Assembly: GCA_964188305.1 (NCBI GenBank)
Contig: OZ076894.1
DNA length: 64,000 nt
DNA from: Podarcis bocagei
Taxonomy: Eukaryota
Direction: 5' to 3' (one strand)
Position numbers and translations under genes: made by a program. Below are positions 1-12,774 of this stretch, in pieces; position 1 is the first letter of the stretch; each line of letters starts with the position of its first letter. The notes under the pieces are model-generated. The model saw only the letters and a program-made list of their open reading frames with translations. It made no database searches and was not told the origin of the DNA.

Positions 1-85
1 TCTGCAACATTAACCATGGTTAGTATAAACTAGTTTAGTTGGGATTGTGAACCAGTGTTTGAACAGTTCTGCAAACCCTGGTTAA

Positions 86-560
86 TGTCATGGACTGGCT
101 AGATGCAAAGGAATGGTGGGAGGCACTGGTTGGGGAACCCCCAGGGAAGAAGGCTCAGAGCCAGAGGATTGGTGTTGGGGAAATGATGCGTGGTTAGAGG
201 GAGAAGCTGGGATGAGGAGATGTCGGAAGCTGAAGCGGCAACAGGGTTTAGTGAGCAGGAGGAGGCTGTGGCAGAGGACACTGCAGACTCAGGGACAGGA
301 GAGGAGGGGGAGCCAAGAAGCAGAGTGGAGGCAGGCTGCGGAAAAATCTAGGGTCTCCCCCTCCTGCTGTGACCAGTTTCCCTCCCCCCCCCCCCGATCT
401 CCCAGAACACTCAGAGAAATGGGAGGAGTGGTGAGAGTCAAGGCGACAGAGCCTTAGGCCGCTGTGAAAGAAACCAGGGGAGGAGCCATAGGGAGATGTG
501 GAAGAGCTGGGACCTTCAGTCCTCACTGCTGCCCTACTGGGAAGGGTTACTGTGATCATT
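86..560. repeat. Purine-rich interspersed repeat, possibly an LTR remnant
   Basis: Abrupt GA-rich block beginning TGTCATGG; composition differs from flanks; family not identified and ends uncertain. Confidence 0.3.
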
Positions 561-3500
561 GGGCCTGTGGTGTTTCATTTTCTTTGATGTGTTATGGAAA
601 CAGGTAGAGAAAAGAGGAGAGGGGATAGGAACCTGATGGGGGATGGCCATGCTCCTATGTGGGTGACCCCTGCTTTACAAGTCCGAGGCAAAATTGACTT
701 TGCCAATCCTACATGGAGTTATTTTGTCTATGCACAGGTCTTTGTGAAAGCTGACATTCTAATTCTCCCGAGTTTGCCCACATTTCGCCCTTACTGGGAA
801 GTGATAAAATCAGGAAAGCACTTCAGAGAGTCCACCTAGGAGCATTTACAAATGGCACTATTCTTTGAGATGAAGGAGCCTTAAGAGTTATTTTTGCACA
901 AAGCATGAAGAGTGAGGTATTCTTCATGCTGGGGTAGTTTCAATGCAGTGGTGTCAAGTGGTCATGGTGCCATTGGGTGTCTGGTTGCTAGACAACAGAT
1001 AGGAACAGTAAATATGAATGACTGCCTGCTGCCACAGCTACTTTTCCCTGAAGCCTCAGCGTAGTGACCACTAGAAGCATCTGTAACATTTACCAATTTG
1101 CTTGCAATTTGTTAAGTTGATTCATAGCTTAATTAGTTTCTGTGACTGCATCATAATGTTTAAATTGTTCCCTTTCAAAGCCAGCATTCTTCTACCAACA
1201 GCATCTGTTCTGAATTTGTCTTTTAAATTTAATCATATTAAACTCCACAGATTTTCACACTGTCATCCACACAAATGCATAAATGTTTTGAAAATTCAAA
1301 CAAAATATAAAACTGTGACATAACGTACACCAGCAATTTGCAATGTGCCTGGCTATAGTGTATTAGTAATTTTCCTTATGTCTGTTCTTCTGGACTACAG
1401 TTTGTGCTTCCTGCAATGGTTGAGGCACTTGTTCACAAAATCTATGCTTAGAAATAATTTCAGCTAAGTGAGAAATTAATAACAAATAATTCGTTTAGGC
1501 AAGAGGAAGCAGTGGCATTATTCAAATGAATTGTGTCTGTAAGGCACAAGTCATGTAGCTCAATGCTCCAGTAGCCCTAAAGAACATGGTGTTCATACTG
1601 AATGCACCCTTAACCTTGGTTATTGAAAGCTCTAATAATTGGCAATTTTAAAATAATTTACCTTGAGTAACCCTTTTTAGGTCAGCTAATATGAGTACCT
1701 TAAGGACTGCACTCTGAAGTCTATGAATCTCAGTATTTGATTTACTTACTACATCTTTACAGGGAGGAAATACTTAACCTCTGATATAATCTTTATGGAG
1801 CTGTTAACTAGAGATGCAGCTTAAGAAAAAGATGAGGTAGGCCGGATGCCCTCATAAATTGCCAAACGGGGGAAGTTAGAAAATTATAGACTAGTATAGG
1901 TCAGCCTTCCAGATGTTTTGGACTTCCACATCAGCAGCAGATGGCATGTCAGGGAATGAATGTAGTTCATTCCATGGAACAGCATTCCTGTTGAGATACG
2001 GCAGGTGCCCACTTACTGTACCTTCCAAAAACAATCAGAGATACTGTATTTTTGTTTCAACAAAAGCTCCACCTTAGGTGTTCATTTTGTATTGCTTAAG
2101 AACCCTTTTTGTCCTGTTTTTAAGCCTACCTTGAGCAAAACAAACAAACAAATAAATTGCAATATGTTTCTAGACAGACTTGACACATAAAAAGCAGTTT
2201 ACAAATTAATAAAAAACACATAGCTGACCAAATAAAAACATCTGCAGAGCACCAGGCTGAGAAAGGCTGATCTAGATCCTAGGGAATGTTTTTGATGGGT
2301 TTCTTCAGTTTTGAAAGATTTGTCAATACGCTGACATCAAAAACCTAACCTTTTCAGAGCAGCCCTGAAAGACTGCATTTTGTTCTAGCAAAGCAGGGAC
2401 AAAAAAATGAACGGTTGTGTAAAATGTATATATAGTCAGTGCATGCCTAAGCATGTATATGCTGCCAGAAATTCACTCCCTGCCAAAGGATTCAGGAGGA
2501 GTTCCTCCCTAGTAAGTGTGGTTAGATTGAAACCTTGGTCAAAATAGCAAACAGTTATGATAAAATAATATTGTAGACTACCCCCTCTCCCCTAAAAAAA
2601 ATAGTCAAGAAAGGAAACTATTATTTTCCATCAGTTCGTTCAATGTCATTTGTACACACAGTTTCTTGGAATCCAGTTTGTGTTAACTGAGTCATCCCTA
2701 TTGTGGTAGGAGCCAGAATCTAGGATGTTGGAATAAATTTGACTTTAGACATGAAAGAGGTAACGGAGCCAAGGTTCTTTAGGCATGACTCATAATTTAC
2801 AGGCTGTGGACCACATCTTTCAGTGGAGCTGGTTCCAGCATGAGGCCTGAAGTCAGTAGTAGGCTTACCAAGAATATGATTTAAAGATTCATTCCCGTGC
2901 CATTTTTTTTATTGCGGTATCTGATGCTGAAACCAAGTGTGTCCAGATTCTATGTGCATATATAAAAGTAATCAATCACATATGATGTTTGGCCTGACTG
3001 AATGTCTGATGTGACTAGACATAACCAAACATAACCAAGAGATAGCATAACTGTAGATTGGCCTCAGCACAGGTCACTCTTGGGCAACTGGTATTCCCCC
3101 CCCTTCAAATTTAGAGCTCTCTTCTTTTTAGTTTATGTTTCTGTGTTTTATTTGCGTTGTTCAAAAATTGCATTAGAAAGCCGCATGTACACATGCACAA
3201 CACACATGGTCTAAAAAGTTACAGACTGTGAATTTGACTATAAAATCAGAATGAAAAAGTCCCATGCAAACATGGCAGGACATATTAAATTTGTGCAGGT
3301 TGCATAATTCAAGATGCAGCATGGGTCCTTGTCTCTGTCTTAATGTGTGTTAGTACACTTTTGTGCTATTGATACCATTGTCAGTTGAGGGACTGGGTTC
3401 AGTTGGTCGAGGCTCCCTTTTCTGCATGAATTGACACAAGGTTTAGACCTTGTAGGCGATTTAACACTGTTGACTGCCCACTAGGAAATCAGATCACGGA

Positions 3501-6155
3501 AACAGAAATACTTACCCAGATCCTTGGCATAGGTCCAGGTAAAGCAGTCTTGCAAAGTATAGCTGAGGATATTATCAACAGATACGGGAATTGTTCTGCC
3601 AAAACACAGGGAGAGGGGGGAGAATTATGCTCCCTATTTAAAGAGCTAGTTTCTCTGATTCTACAATGACCTTTCTGAAACAGGCATTAATAAGTTAGGT
3701 AACTGGCAGCATTGAAGTTGGGGGGGGTCAAACCATATTTTAAGTAATCAAAATAGTTTCAGAATGCTCCTATCAAGACGATTCTATATAAAAAAAGGAG
3801 CACCCTTGCAAAATTTGATACATTTTAAGTGGTGTTTGTTAGGAACAGCAATACCCTCTGTATGCTTCAGCAGGGGAAAGTCCCATTGAACTCAATGGGA
3901 TTTACTTCAGAATAGACACCCACATTTACTGGACTGTAAATCTTAACGTGTAAATTGTTTAATAGGAAATATTTTCCATAATTTTGTGCATGAAGATGAC
4001 AACATAGGCCAATAATAATTTAGTTGATTGTCCGCGGCACACTTCATTTTAATCTGACTTCTGGAGTTGATTTTTAAAAGCAAGGCCAGAACAAGGTATT
4101 TTGACACCTCTGGCAAGGACACCTTAGTCACCTCTCTTGCAACATGTAATATGATAGATAATAAAAAAATGAACACAAAGTCTGCACATGACTTTCAATG
4201 CTCGTCTTTTTATTTTGCTGTTATAAAGCACCACAGTAAACATTTAACTGAAATGTTAATTTGTAGCATCATATCCTAAAATGTAAATAAGTAATGTTTA
4301 ATACGTTTTTAGGCCTAATTACGTCATAGTGCTAAACCTTGATTTTTAAAATCCATGGCTTAGTGTTAGCTGTGGACAGTGTCTAGTAGCTCTACTGTGA
4401 TTTGTTTACTCCCAGCAAATCGCTGTCTGAAGCCATGATTATTATTTTTTGGCCTATGGTTTGTTTTAATTGTGGCTTGGTGTTATGTATGAACCAAGTA
4501 CCCTTTCTAAATCAAGGTTTGATTGAACACAAAACAAAACTTTTTCCCCCCTAGCTGGATTACAAATATGTTGTAGAGCATCTAACTTATTGGCCTGGTT
4601 CACACATAAATTTAAGCCATCATTTGTTTAACCAACCACAAGTTTGTCACTCAGTCAAGCAAACTATGGCTTTTTTTCTCCAAAGCTTGGTTTGTTTTCC
4701 AGCTGCTCTTGTCTTGTGATTTTGTAACTTCCAAGGATTAGTTGTGGGGCATTCTTCCATTTTTAGAAGTACAGTGATGTAGCAGTAGATTTGCATTTGC
4801 CTTCTGTGGCGGGACTCCTTTAAAAATAATAATCTGTGGTACTAGATAATATATTCTAGGATTCCCCCCCCCCCACTCTGTGTGTTGAGGGAGATGTCAA
4901 CAGTACATTTTGTCCTATAGCTAGGGCAGCTTTTGAGCCTGAGGTTCAGTCCTGGACAATAGTTTGGATACTAGGAGTCAAATCTAGACTGTATTTGTAA
5001 TTACAAATGTGCTTCTAGTAAACACAAAGCTAGCCAACATACATCTGGGATCAGGAAAGAGAGTTTTTCTGCCAAGATGCATGGCCTCCAAAGATTTCTC
5101 TTTTTTAGAATATACGTGCTGATGTCCCTGAAGATTCTAGCCTTTCTTCGCAGCCTTTTCCCTTTTACGTCTATATAAGCTAGTAGTCAGGGGATTCAAA
5201 TGCCTGCTGGGGGATCTCATCCATCTAAAGAGTTTTTGTTTTTACAGTAGCAGGATAGTCTGTAAAGTGAAATGAGCCACGTTCCAGCCAGTAGTACCAG
5301 TCAATGAAGGCATAGTTAAAAAGCAATAAGGAATCCCTTGGCTATGATACACCATAAGCAAAACCACAGATTTTTATTTTTTATAAAAATAATAATCTGC
5401 TGGAGGGAGTGATTGGGAACCTTAACCTCACATTTTCATGTGTGCAAGTGTTATTTTTAGAAACGGTGCCACTGAGAAATGTCTTCTGCTCAGACATTTT
5501 TGGAATTGGAAATTGCATTGGTGTTTTGTGAACTGGAATTTGAATCTCCCTCGGACTGTGAATATGCAGGCACTGGAAACTGTCACAGAGGCAAAAGGAT
5601 GAGGCAGGTAAAAGAGTAGTGAAGGCATTTTGGGTTCATGATGCCGACAGGTGTATCATTAGCGCTCACATATTTGCTCATCAGTGTGCATATGTCCCCA
5701 AAAGATGTCTGTTACTGTTGGAATTACTTGTACCAAGAAAAAGGTCATTTTCTTTTGCTACAATGGACTAGCATGGCCATTCCTTTATAAGTTACATCAA
5801 GAGTAAAACAAATAAATAAAACAACCAAGAAAGTAGAATTCCAGAAGTCATTCATTCTGCTTTGGGCCCCTGCAATAAAGTGGGAGATTTGAATGTTGGT
5901 TCTTGCTTAGGTGTTCTCTAAAGATACATACCGGTATATTAGAATTCAAGTTACCTGGACATTTAGTATTAAACTAAAGGCTGCTATTGATTCTTCTACT
6001 CGGCAGACACTGATAGAGATGTCTCTTTGCTCCTGCATTCCTGTGCTAAAAGGGGTGTGGGTGGGTGTGGGGGTGTATGAGGGGGAGGGAGGGATTGAAC
6101 AATCCAACCAAAAGAGTCAACAAGGGCTGTGCTGCGACATTCCCTGCCTTCTGAA

Positions 6156-6292
6156 GGGAAGGGCCATAGCTCAGTGGTTGAGTATCGGATTCAATTTCCA
6201 CCATTTCCATGTAGGACTGGGAAATTAAAAGCTGTGATTGCTTCTACATTGTCAGAGTAAGACAGCACTGAAGTAGATGGACCAGTGGCTCA
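6156..6292 (+). mobile_element. Degenerate Squam3-like tRNA-derived SINE
   Basis: gggaagggccatagctcagtgg (A-box) ... gtagatggaccagtgg; homologous to the copy at 47861-48030. Confidence 0.55.
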
Positions 6293-6393
6293 GCAGGAGA
6301 GGTGGCAGGGTTTATGGAATCCCCAGCTATTTCACTTGTGGCTTGTGGATTGGCTGTTGCGCATTGCAGCTTGTGAATATGGAGTGGCCATCT

Positions 6394-6978
6394 TAGAATC
6401 ATAGAATTGTAGAAGGGACCTCCCCTTGCTATGCAAGAATGTCAACTAAAGCATCCATGACAGAGGGCCAGCCAACCTCTGCCCAAAAAACCTCAAAGGA
6501 AGGTGAATCTACCACCTTCCAATGGAGTCCATTCCACTGTCAAACAGCTCTTACTGCCAGAAAGTTCAGAATCTCCTTTCTTGTAACTTGAAGCCATTGG
6601 TTTAGGACCTACCCTCTGGAGCACAAGAAAACAAGCTTGCTCCATGTGACAACCTTCTAGATATTTGAAGATGGCTATCATATATCTTCTCAGTCTCCTC
6701 TTATCCTGGCTAAACATACTCAGCTCCCTCAACTGATCCTCATAAGGCTTGGTTTCCAGACCTTTGATCATCATGGTCACCCTCTGCTGCACATGTTCCA
6801 GCTTGTCCATATCCTTCTTAAATTGTGGGGCCCAGAACTGGACATAGTACTCCAGTTGCTGTCTGAGTAAGACAGAATAGAGTAGTACTGTTACTTCCCT
6901 TCATCTGTACACTATACTTCTGTTGATACAGCCCAAAAGAGCATTAGCTTTTTTTGCTGTTGCGTCACACTGTTGACT
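6394..6978 (-). mobile_element. CR1 LINE 3' fragment
   Basis: Minus-strand ORF 6493..6810 (LEHVQQRVTMMIKGLETKPYEDQLRELSMFS...) resembles the CR1 ORF2 C-terminus; reverse-complement ATTCTATGATTCTA tail at 6394. Confidence 0.9.
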
Positions 6979-7490
6979 GAAGTAACTTTTGTTGCAGAAT
7001 GCTACATCATTATAGATTCTGGGCACATGCACTCATACTAATTACTGCTCGTTATAAACTCTTGACAATGGACTTTTGCTACTAAGTATTTGATAGTTTC
7101 TTGCAGATACTAACCTGGAAGATCTGGTTTTAAATTCCTGGCAGAATGACTTGCTTTGAGCCATGGCTCCATATGCCTCATTTCCCTGTAATTAAATTTG
7201 GATAAAGACAAAGGCCTACTTTGTCAGTGATTATTTCTAAGCCCTTTTGAGCACTGGATGTGATCATAGCTACCTGTACCCACCTTCTTTTGGTATAGCC
7301 TGCCATCCCATAATTTGTTAGATTAATGTGTTAGTCAGTATGGTCCTGCTGGTTGAGAATGGAGTAATAATGGCTGAATAGAGGTATAGAAAAATGAGAC
7401 TGAGTGCTAGGAAAGCACTCAGTGGCTGATAAATATGTCCTTTCTTCATTCCTTTGTTGGGATCCTTTGGCAAGATTAGTGCAAATTTAC

Positions 7491-7541
<51 letters not shown>

Positions 7542-7570
7542 AACAAACAAACAAACAAACAAACAAACAA
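7491..7570. repeat. Compound microsatellite (CTTT)n followed by (AAAC)n
   Basis: Directly visible. Confidence 0.95.
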
Positions 7571-9667
7571 AAAACCTCTTAATGCCTGTAAGGTAAATAG
7601 TTAAAATCAGTAGATGCCCCAATCTATTCAGTGATCACAGAGCACTTCAGATCAATTGAGTTTGCTTTTCTTAGCCTTATTTTTTCAAAGCCTGATTGAC
7701 TAGAAGTTCTGATGCAGTGTCCATCCACAAAAATAACTTGAGGCATGCTGTGTGCCCTAATTTAGGGGCTGTTGTTACTTTCATCCAGTGGCCCGTTAGA
7801 GAAAAATTGGCTCTTGTTGTGGCATCCGATTATTGGATACAAGCATCCATTGTGCTTTGTTGTATCTATGGGAAGTTGTCCTGGCAATAATGGCCACCTG
7901 ACAAGTACTTGAAAACAGGATACATTAAGAAGATTGGTCTCCGCTGAGGAGGAAAAACACTTTATTAATGTCAGTTGTGCTTGATTATGTTAGAACAGTG
8001 GCTTACTTTTTCGACCAAAAAACCCCCCACCTCACCCACCCTTCCAAGTAAGGAAGAAATAAAGGAAGACAATTTCAAACGTTTCCCTAGGAGAAGGTGA
8101 TGTTTACTAAAGCATTTGGTTTGAGAAAATGCATTATTTGTGTAAAGTCCAGGAGCCAATGTTCTCCAGCCTTGGCCTTGTAGAAGGTTGGATTGATGGG
8201 GTTCTGTTCTTTCCGCTTGAAGCAATTGGGGCACCCAGCGTTCTGGACAGAAAGCCTTGAGAACTGCCGGCTGTGGTGTGACTAGCCAAGCTGCTTTTGA
8301 ACTCTCTAATAATCAAAGTCTAAAATTGGCTGCACTGTGAAATGTCAGAAGTATCATCCTCTCCAAAAGAGAAAATTAGGGCAGTTGGATTTGGTGACGG
8401 TTGCTGCATTGTGGGCTTCGGAGCCTTGAAAATCAAATCCTTGATTTTTATATCTGGCATTGATTTCTTGTACAGAGTTCAGTGTAATCAGTAAAGGAAG
8501 GTGCCGCACAATCTTAACAGTTTTGCTACTGATGTCCTCCCACAGTTGGATAGCTTTTAGAGAAACTTTGCAGAGGAGCAAAAACATCTATGGATATTTC
8601 TACAGCTTCATCCATGTTTCCTCTGTTAATGTTTTAACATTATTTGATAAACATTTGTTAAAGTGTTTTGCCCAAACCTGTAGAGCCACACAAACAATTC
8701 CATGGGAATTTGGATTTCCATGTCCCATGGGTAAACCTCATCTGAAAGCAAGGGCAGTTTCAGAAGCAGTTTGTGAACTCTCAATCTCTCTCTCTGCCAG
8801 TGCACATTGTTGAAAGGGGAAAAGGAAAGTAGAAAAATTTACTGGATGCCTGCAAGCTCTTGGGAATTCCTGAAGCAATCCTTGATGCTAGACTACACAT
8901 TTAAAATAGAATCTGTTGCTTATAACGTGGCTGCTCCTTGAATGGAGTGCTTTCTATTGTTCTGAATGAAAATGAAAGATGAAGGTAATATACCATAGAA
9001 GTCTCAGACCTTTCAAGGAAAAAAAGAGTTCATTGATCAAAGACAATGTTATTGTGTGATCCTCTCCAACCACTTACCAACTTTTCTCTTTTAAGTATTT
9101 GCATTGCCTTGAAATATGCATGCATGGGAGCAATTTACAGTAATCTTAACATTCAGATCTAGTGCATACTTTATGTCTGGTGGATTATAAACCAAAGTAC
9201 TGTTCAGCTTAACTCCGTATAAGACTCTTTCTGTTTAGTGGTTTTGATAACCTGATCGCAACAATTGACGGCAAGGATAAGGCAATCTATGGCTCCAATC
9301 AATGTAGCTTTGTATCATCTCCAGTATCATTTCCTGGGGGACTTGGACAGAAGAGTGTTGTTGTACTCATGTCCTCCTCGTGGGCTTCCCATAGACATCT
9401 GGTTGGCCACTGTGAGAACAGGATCCTGCTGTAGATGTGCCTTAGGCCTGATAGGGTTCTTGTGTCCTGGGGGGGGAGAGGGGCTGCTCATAGACATGAA
9501 ACAGACAAGCACAAGACTTAACACGATGTATCTGTTGTTGGATGCTACTAGGTGAAGGTAGGGATGCAATTTGGACGCTTCTCACATTAAAAAAAACCAA
9601 CAAGCTGGCACATACAGGAGAGACGTAGAGTTTTCTTCTTGTCATGCATGTTCTGTGTGTCTGGAGC

Positions 9668-9970
9668 AGGGGTTGGCAAAGTTTTTGTGGCTTGGGCCGG
9701 TTCACGGTCCCGCAGACACCGCGGTAGGCCGGAGTGTGTGCGTGCACACGCATGCACAAACGCTATTTCCAGCGCTCCTTCCAGTGCGGAGGAGGCGTGC
9801 GCAGCTTCCCATTGGCTGAAGGAGCTTCCTGCAGCCAATGGGAAGCTGGCCAGCGTCACGGAAGGCGGTCCCCGCTCTGCTCCACGCCAACCGAGCAGGC
9901 GGCGAGGGTCCCCGAGCGGTCTGCAGGGGTCCATGGGCCGGTTAAACGACCCCCGTGGGCTCCATGGGAC
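9668..9970. mobile_element. CpG-rich non-autonomous hAT-like DNA transposon fragment
   Basis: Starts CAGGGGTTGGCAAAG (hAT-type terminus); internal inverted repeat cagcttcccattggctg...cagccaatgggaagctg. Confidence 0.6.
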
Positions 9971-11137
9971 TTGATCGTGCACACGCAGTACAAGATGGCA
10001 TAGCAAGCAGCAAGGCAAATAATCAAGGACATTAAACTCATACAACCCTCTTGCCGTGCGGGTCAAGCTGTCCCAGTATTGATGAGCGCATGTGCAATTC
10101 CAGCCAAACTGCCCTGCTGATGGAAAGCTGATAAATAAAGTGAAACCTTCTGGTAAGGAAGGGTCCTTGAAATAAATAAGGAAAAGGGTTGATCAGCTAC
10201 TGGACTCCCAGTAGTTCGGAGAAGTAACCCAGTATTTCAGAGTAGTAGCTACTAGACTCCCAGTAGTTCCCAGAAGTAACCCTTCTTCAAATCAGGCTTA
10301 CAACCTATCTAGACCAGAGGAGAGCAGAAGGTAAATTGGAGTCCACTAGTAGATCTCTGGGCAATTTGAAATAGATCTGCAAGTGTTTTTGGCTTCCAGT
10401 TGCAAATTACAAAAAGAGTTTTCCCTTTTTTATAATTTGCAGAAAACTGGAGTGTATTTTTGTGTGAAACGATTGCAAGGCCAATTCTGATACTGAAAGC
10501 AAATATTTGGTCTGGGATATGTGCCTCACAGGCATTCTGTTCCTTTTTTACACCAGGCCTACAAGCATTGCCTTTGACTCCAGTTGGTGACACTTGAAGG
10601 TCTAGACTAGATAAAAAACAAAAAACAAAAGCAAGTAGATCCCGGAAGTCTGGCCACCCTCTGGCCCAGGCTACTTTTGCTTTAAAAGAAAGTGCAAACA
10701 GAGAGAAACAAACCACAGAATTCCTTTTAACTGTGAGCTTGGCCATGAGAAGTTGTAGAAGTTGCAGAAATGCGAACCTGATTGCATTTCCTGGTTTGCC
10801 ATACCTCTGGCAACTTGACCTAAAGTACCATTTGCCGTGCCCCGCTGAATAAATCTTGGAAGTTGCGGTGTGATTGCTTAATAACAGATGACTCAGAGGA
10901 AATCATGAGCTATTCTCAGACAAGCAAAAAATTAGGCTAAAGTTCAGAAAATAATTCACTTGTAAATTATTTGCTCCATCACAAGTAATTGCAGCACTCT
11001 TTGATGCCTTTGTTTTGCTAGTTATAATATACTCGGCTTGGTTGCACTCCAAGCTGGCTTGATTTCAGGAACCCATAGTGGCTTGCCACTTACAAGTTTT
11101 TCCCCCCTCCTTACCTCCCACCTCAAGAGGATTTATG

Positions 11138-11376
11138 TACCTCAGGTTACATACGCTTCAGGTTACAGATGCTTCAGGTTACAGACTCTGCTAATCCAGA
11201 AGTAGTACCTCAGGTTAAGAACTTTGCTTCAGGATGAGAACAGAAATCATGCATTGGCGGTGCGGTGGCAGCAGGAAGGCCCCATTAGCTAAAGTGGTGC
11301 CTTAGGTTAAGAACAGTTTCAGGTTAAGAACAGACCTCCAGAATGAATTAAGTTTTTAACCCGAGGTACTACTGTA
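11138..11376. mobile_element. Tigger/pogo-like MITE
   Basis: Repeated (c)ttcaggtta units; terminus aacccgaggtactactg followed by TA. Confidence 0.7.
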
Positions 11377-12149
11377 CTTTAACATGGAAGTTGTTAGCAA
11401 AACAATTCTAGGCCATCAAACAGATCATGTCATACAGAAACTTGGTATAAGTCTCTCCTAAAACTCTTCCCCTCCCTGCAAGTGTTATGCATGTCCGGGC
11501 ACATTAAGAGTTCCTATAAATTCTGCTGTATACAAAGCGACGCTGAAAGAAACTTGGATAGGAGCAGTGAGTGGGTGCTGAAGTAATTCACACTAAAGGT
11601 TCTAGATTTCTATGACAGGAACACACAACGGGGAGCAGCGGAGATGAACTTCCTAGCTCCACCCTCCCTTCACTATTCTCATTGCCCTCCACAAGATAGA
11701 GGCAGATCTTCTGAAACTGAAAGCTATAGATCCCTGGAAAATAAGAATGTTAGAACCCTGGGAAACCAGTGTTTTATAATGCTTAGGGAGCCTCCATGAG
11801 GACAGAAGGCTCCCCATTTCAGAAGAGTTGCCATGCACTATTCTAACCCCACCCTTACCCCCAGCAAAATTAGTTTAACAAGTTGGATTACTTTGCAGAG
11901 CTGGTATCTCAGGTCTGCAATCCCATCCATCCCCTTCAGTGTGGGTAAAATAATGCTGTACTGCAAAGGGAGGAGATAGTGTGGAAGACTAACGCACAGC
12001 CCTGATAAACAAACCACGATGTAGCCAATAGCCATGACACCTGAATTGGGCCAGTGTCTTGTCAAAAGTCACACAGTAAATACCTAAGAAGATTTGAAAT
12101 GGGAATCTCCTAGCTCATTCTCTTGTCCACTATACTAAGCCTTGGCGCC

Positions 12150-12429
12150 ATCCGCACTATATATTTCAACACTATTATACCACTTTTTAAACAGTCATTT
12201 CTCCCCAATGAATCCTATTTTTGTGGGGTGCTGAGAGTTGTTAGGGGACTCCTGTTCCCCTCACAGAGCTACAGTTTCTAAAGATGTTTAACAGTCAGTC
12301 CCTCTTACATGGGAACTCTGAAAACCATGGCTCTATGCAGGGAATACAAGTGTCTCGTAACATCTGTCAGCACCCTTAAAAACTACATTTCTTTGGGGGA
12401 AGCCAGGACTTTTGATGTATAGTGCGGAT
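12150..12429. mobile_element. Palindromic MITE (PIF/Harbinger-like)
   Basis: TIR atccgcactata / tatagtgcggat; internal inverted gggtgctga...tcagcaccc. Confidence 0.65.
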
Positions 12430-12714
12430 CGACACTTAATCTAGAATTGAGTTTAGAGACAGCACCCTGGCACAATAACTAAGTTTATTCTGCTTAAAGA
12501 AAGTTGTGAATTAAGTAGATCTTTCTAAATCACCATGGCAGATGGTTAGAATACAGTATTTATAGGAATTTCAAATATGCAAAGGGCACTATGTACATTC
12601 CATGATCATGTTTCACTTTGCACCAGTTCTTGTTTTATTCTCACGCTAAATAAAAGACATGGTTATTCCTGCTAAAATTATTAATCTATTTATTATTATT
12701 ATTATTTCCTGCAG

Positions 12715-12774
12715 ATCACCAGAAATTGGAAAGAGAAGCTAGAATCTGTCGCCTTTTGAAGCATCCCAATATTG
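12715..12774 (+). CDS. CAMK2D: CAMK2D exon 3 (60 nt): (D)[19 protein letters not shown](V), alphaC helix
   Basis: tttcctgcag|ATCACC...AATATTG|gtaaga. Confidence 0.97.

Noticed and set aside
902-930. Small hairpin agcatgaaga...tcttcatgct
   Set aside because: Too short for a pre-miRNA and plausible by chance or as a MITE remnant.
3880-3902. Recurring palindromes such as tcccattgaactcaatggga (also at about 20830, with variants near 16745 and 19255)
   Set aside because: Cores of abundant short MITE families rather than a locus-specific regulatory array.
9668-9970. CpG-island promoter or GC-rich coding exon
   Set aside because: Begins with a hAT-type terminus and has TE-typical internal inverted repeats; CpG richness is better explained by a young insertion.
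10195-10282. Two-copy direct repeat with 52-bp period (superficially repeat-spacer-like)
   Set aside because: Only two imperfect copies in a vertebrate intron; a local tandem duplication, not a CRISPR array.
1-12714. CAMK2D exons 1-2 or a promoter
   Set aside because: No sequence encoding the ATP-binding N-terminus (GxGxFS, AAKIINTKKL) was found; this region is intron 2.
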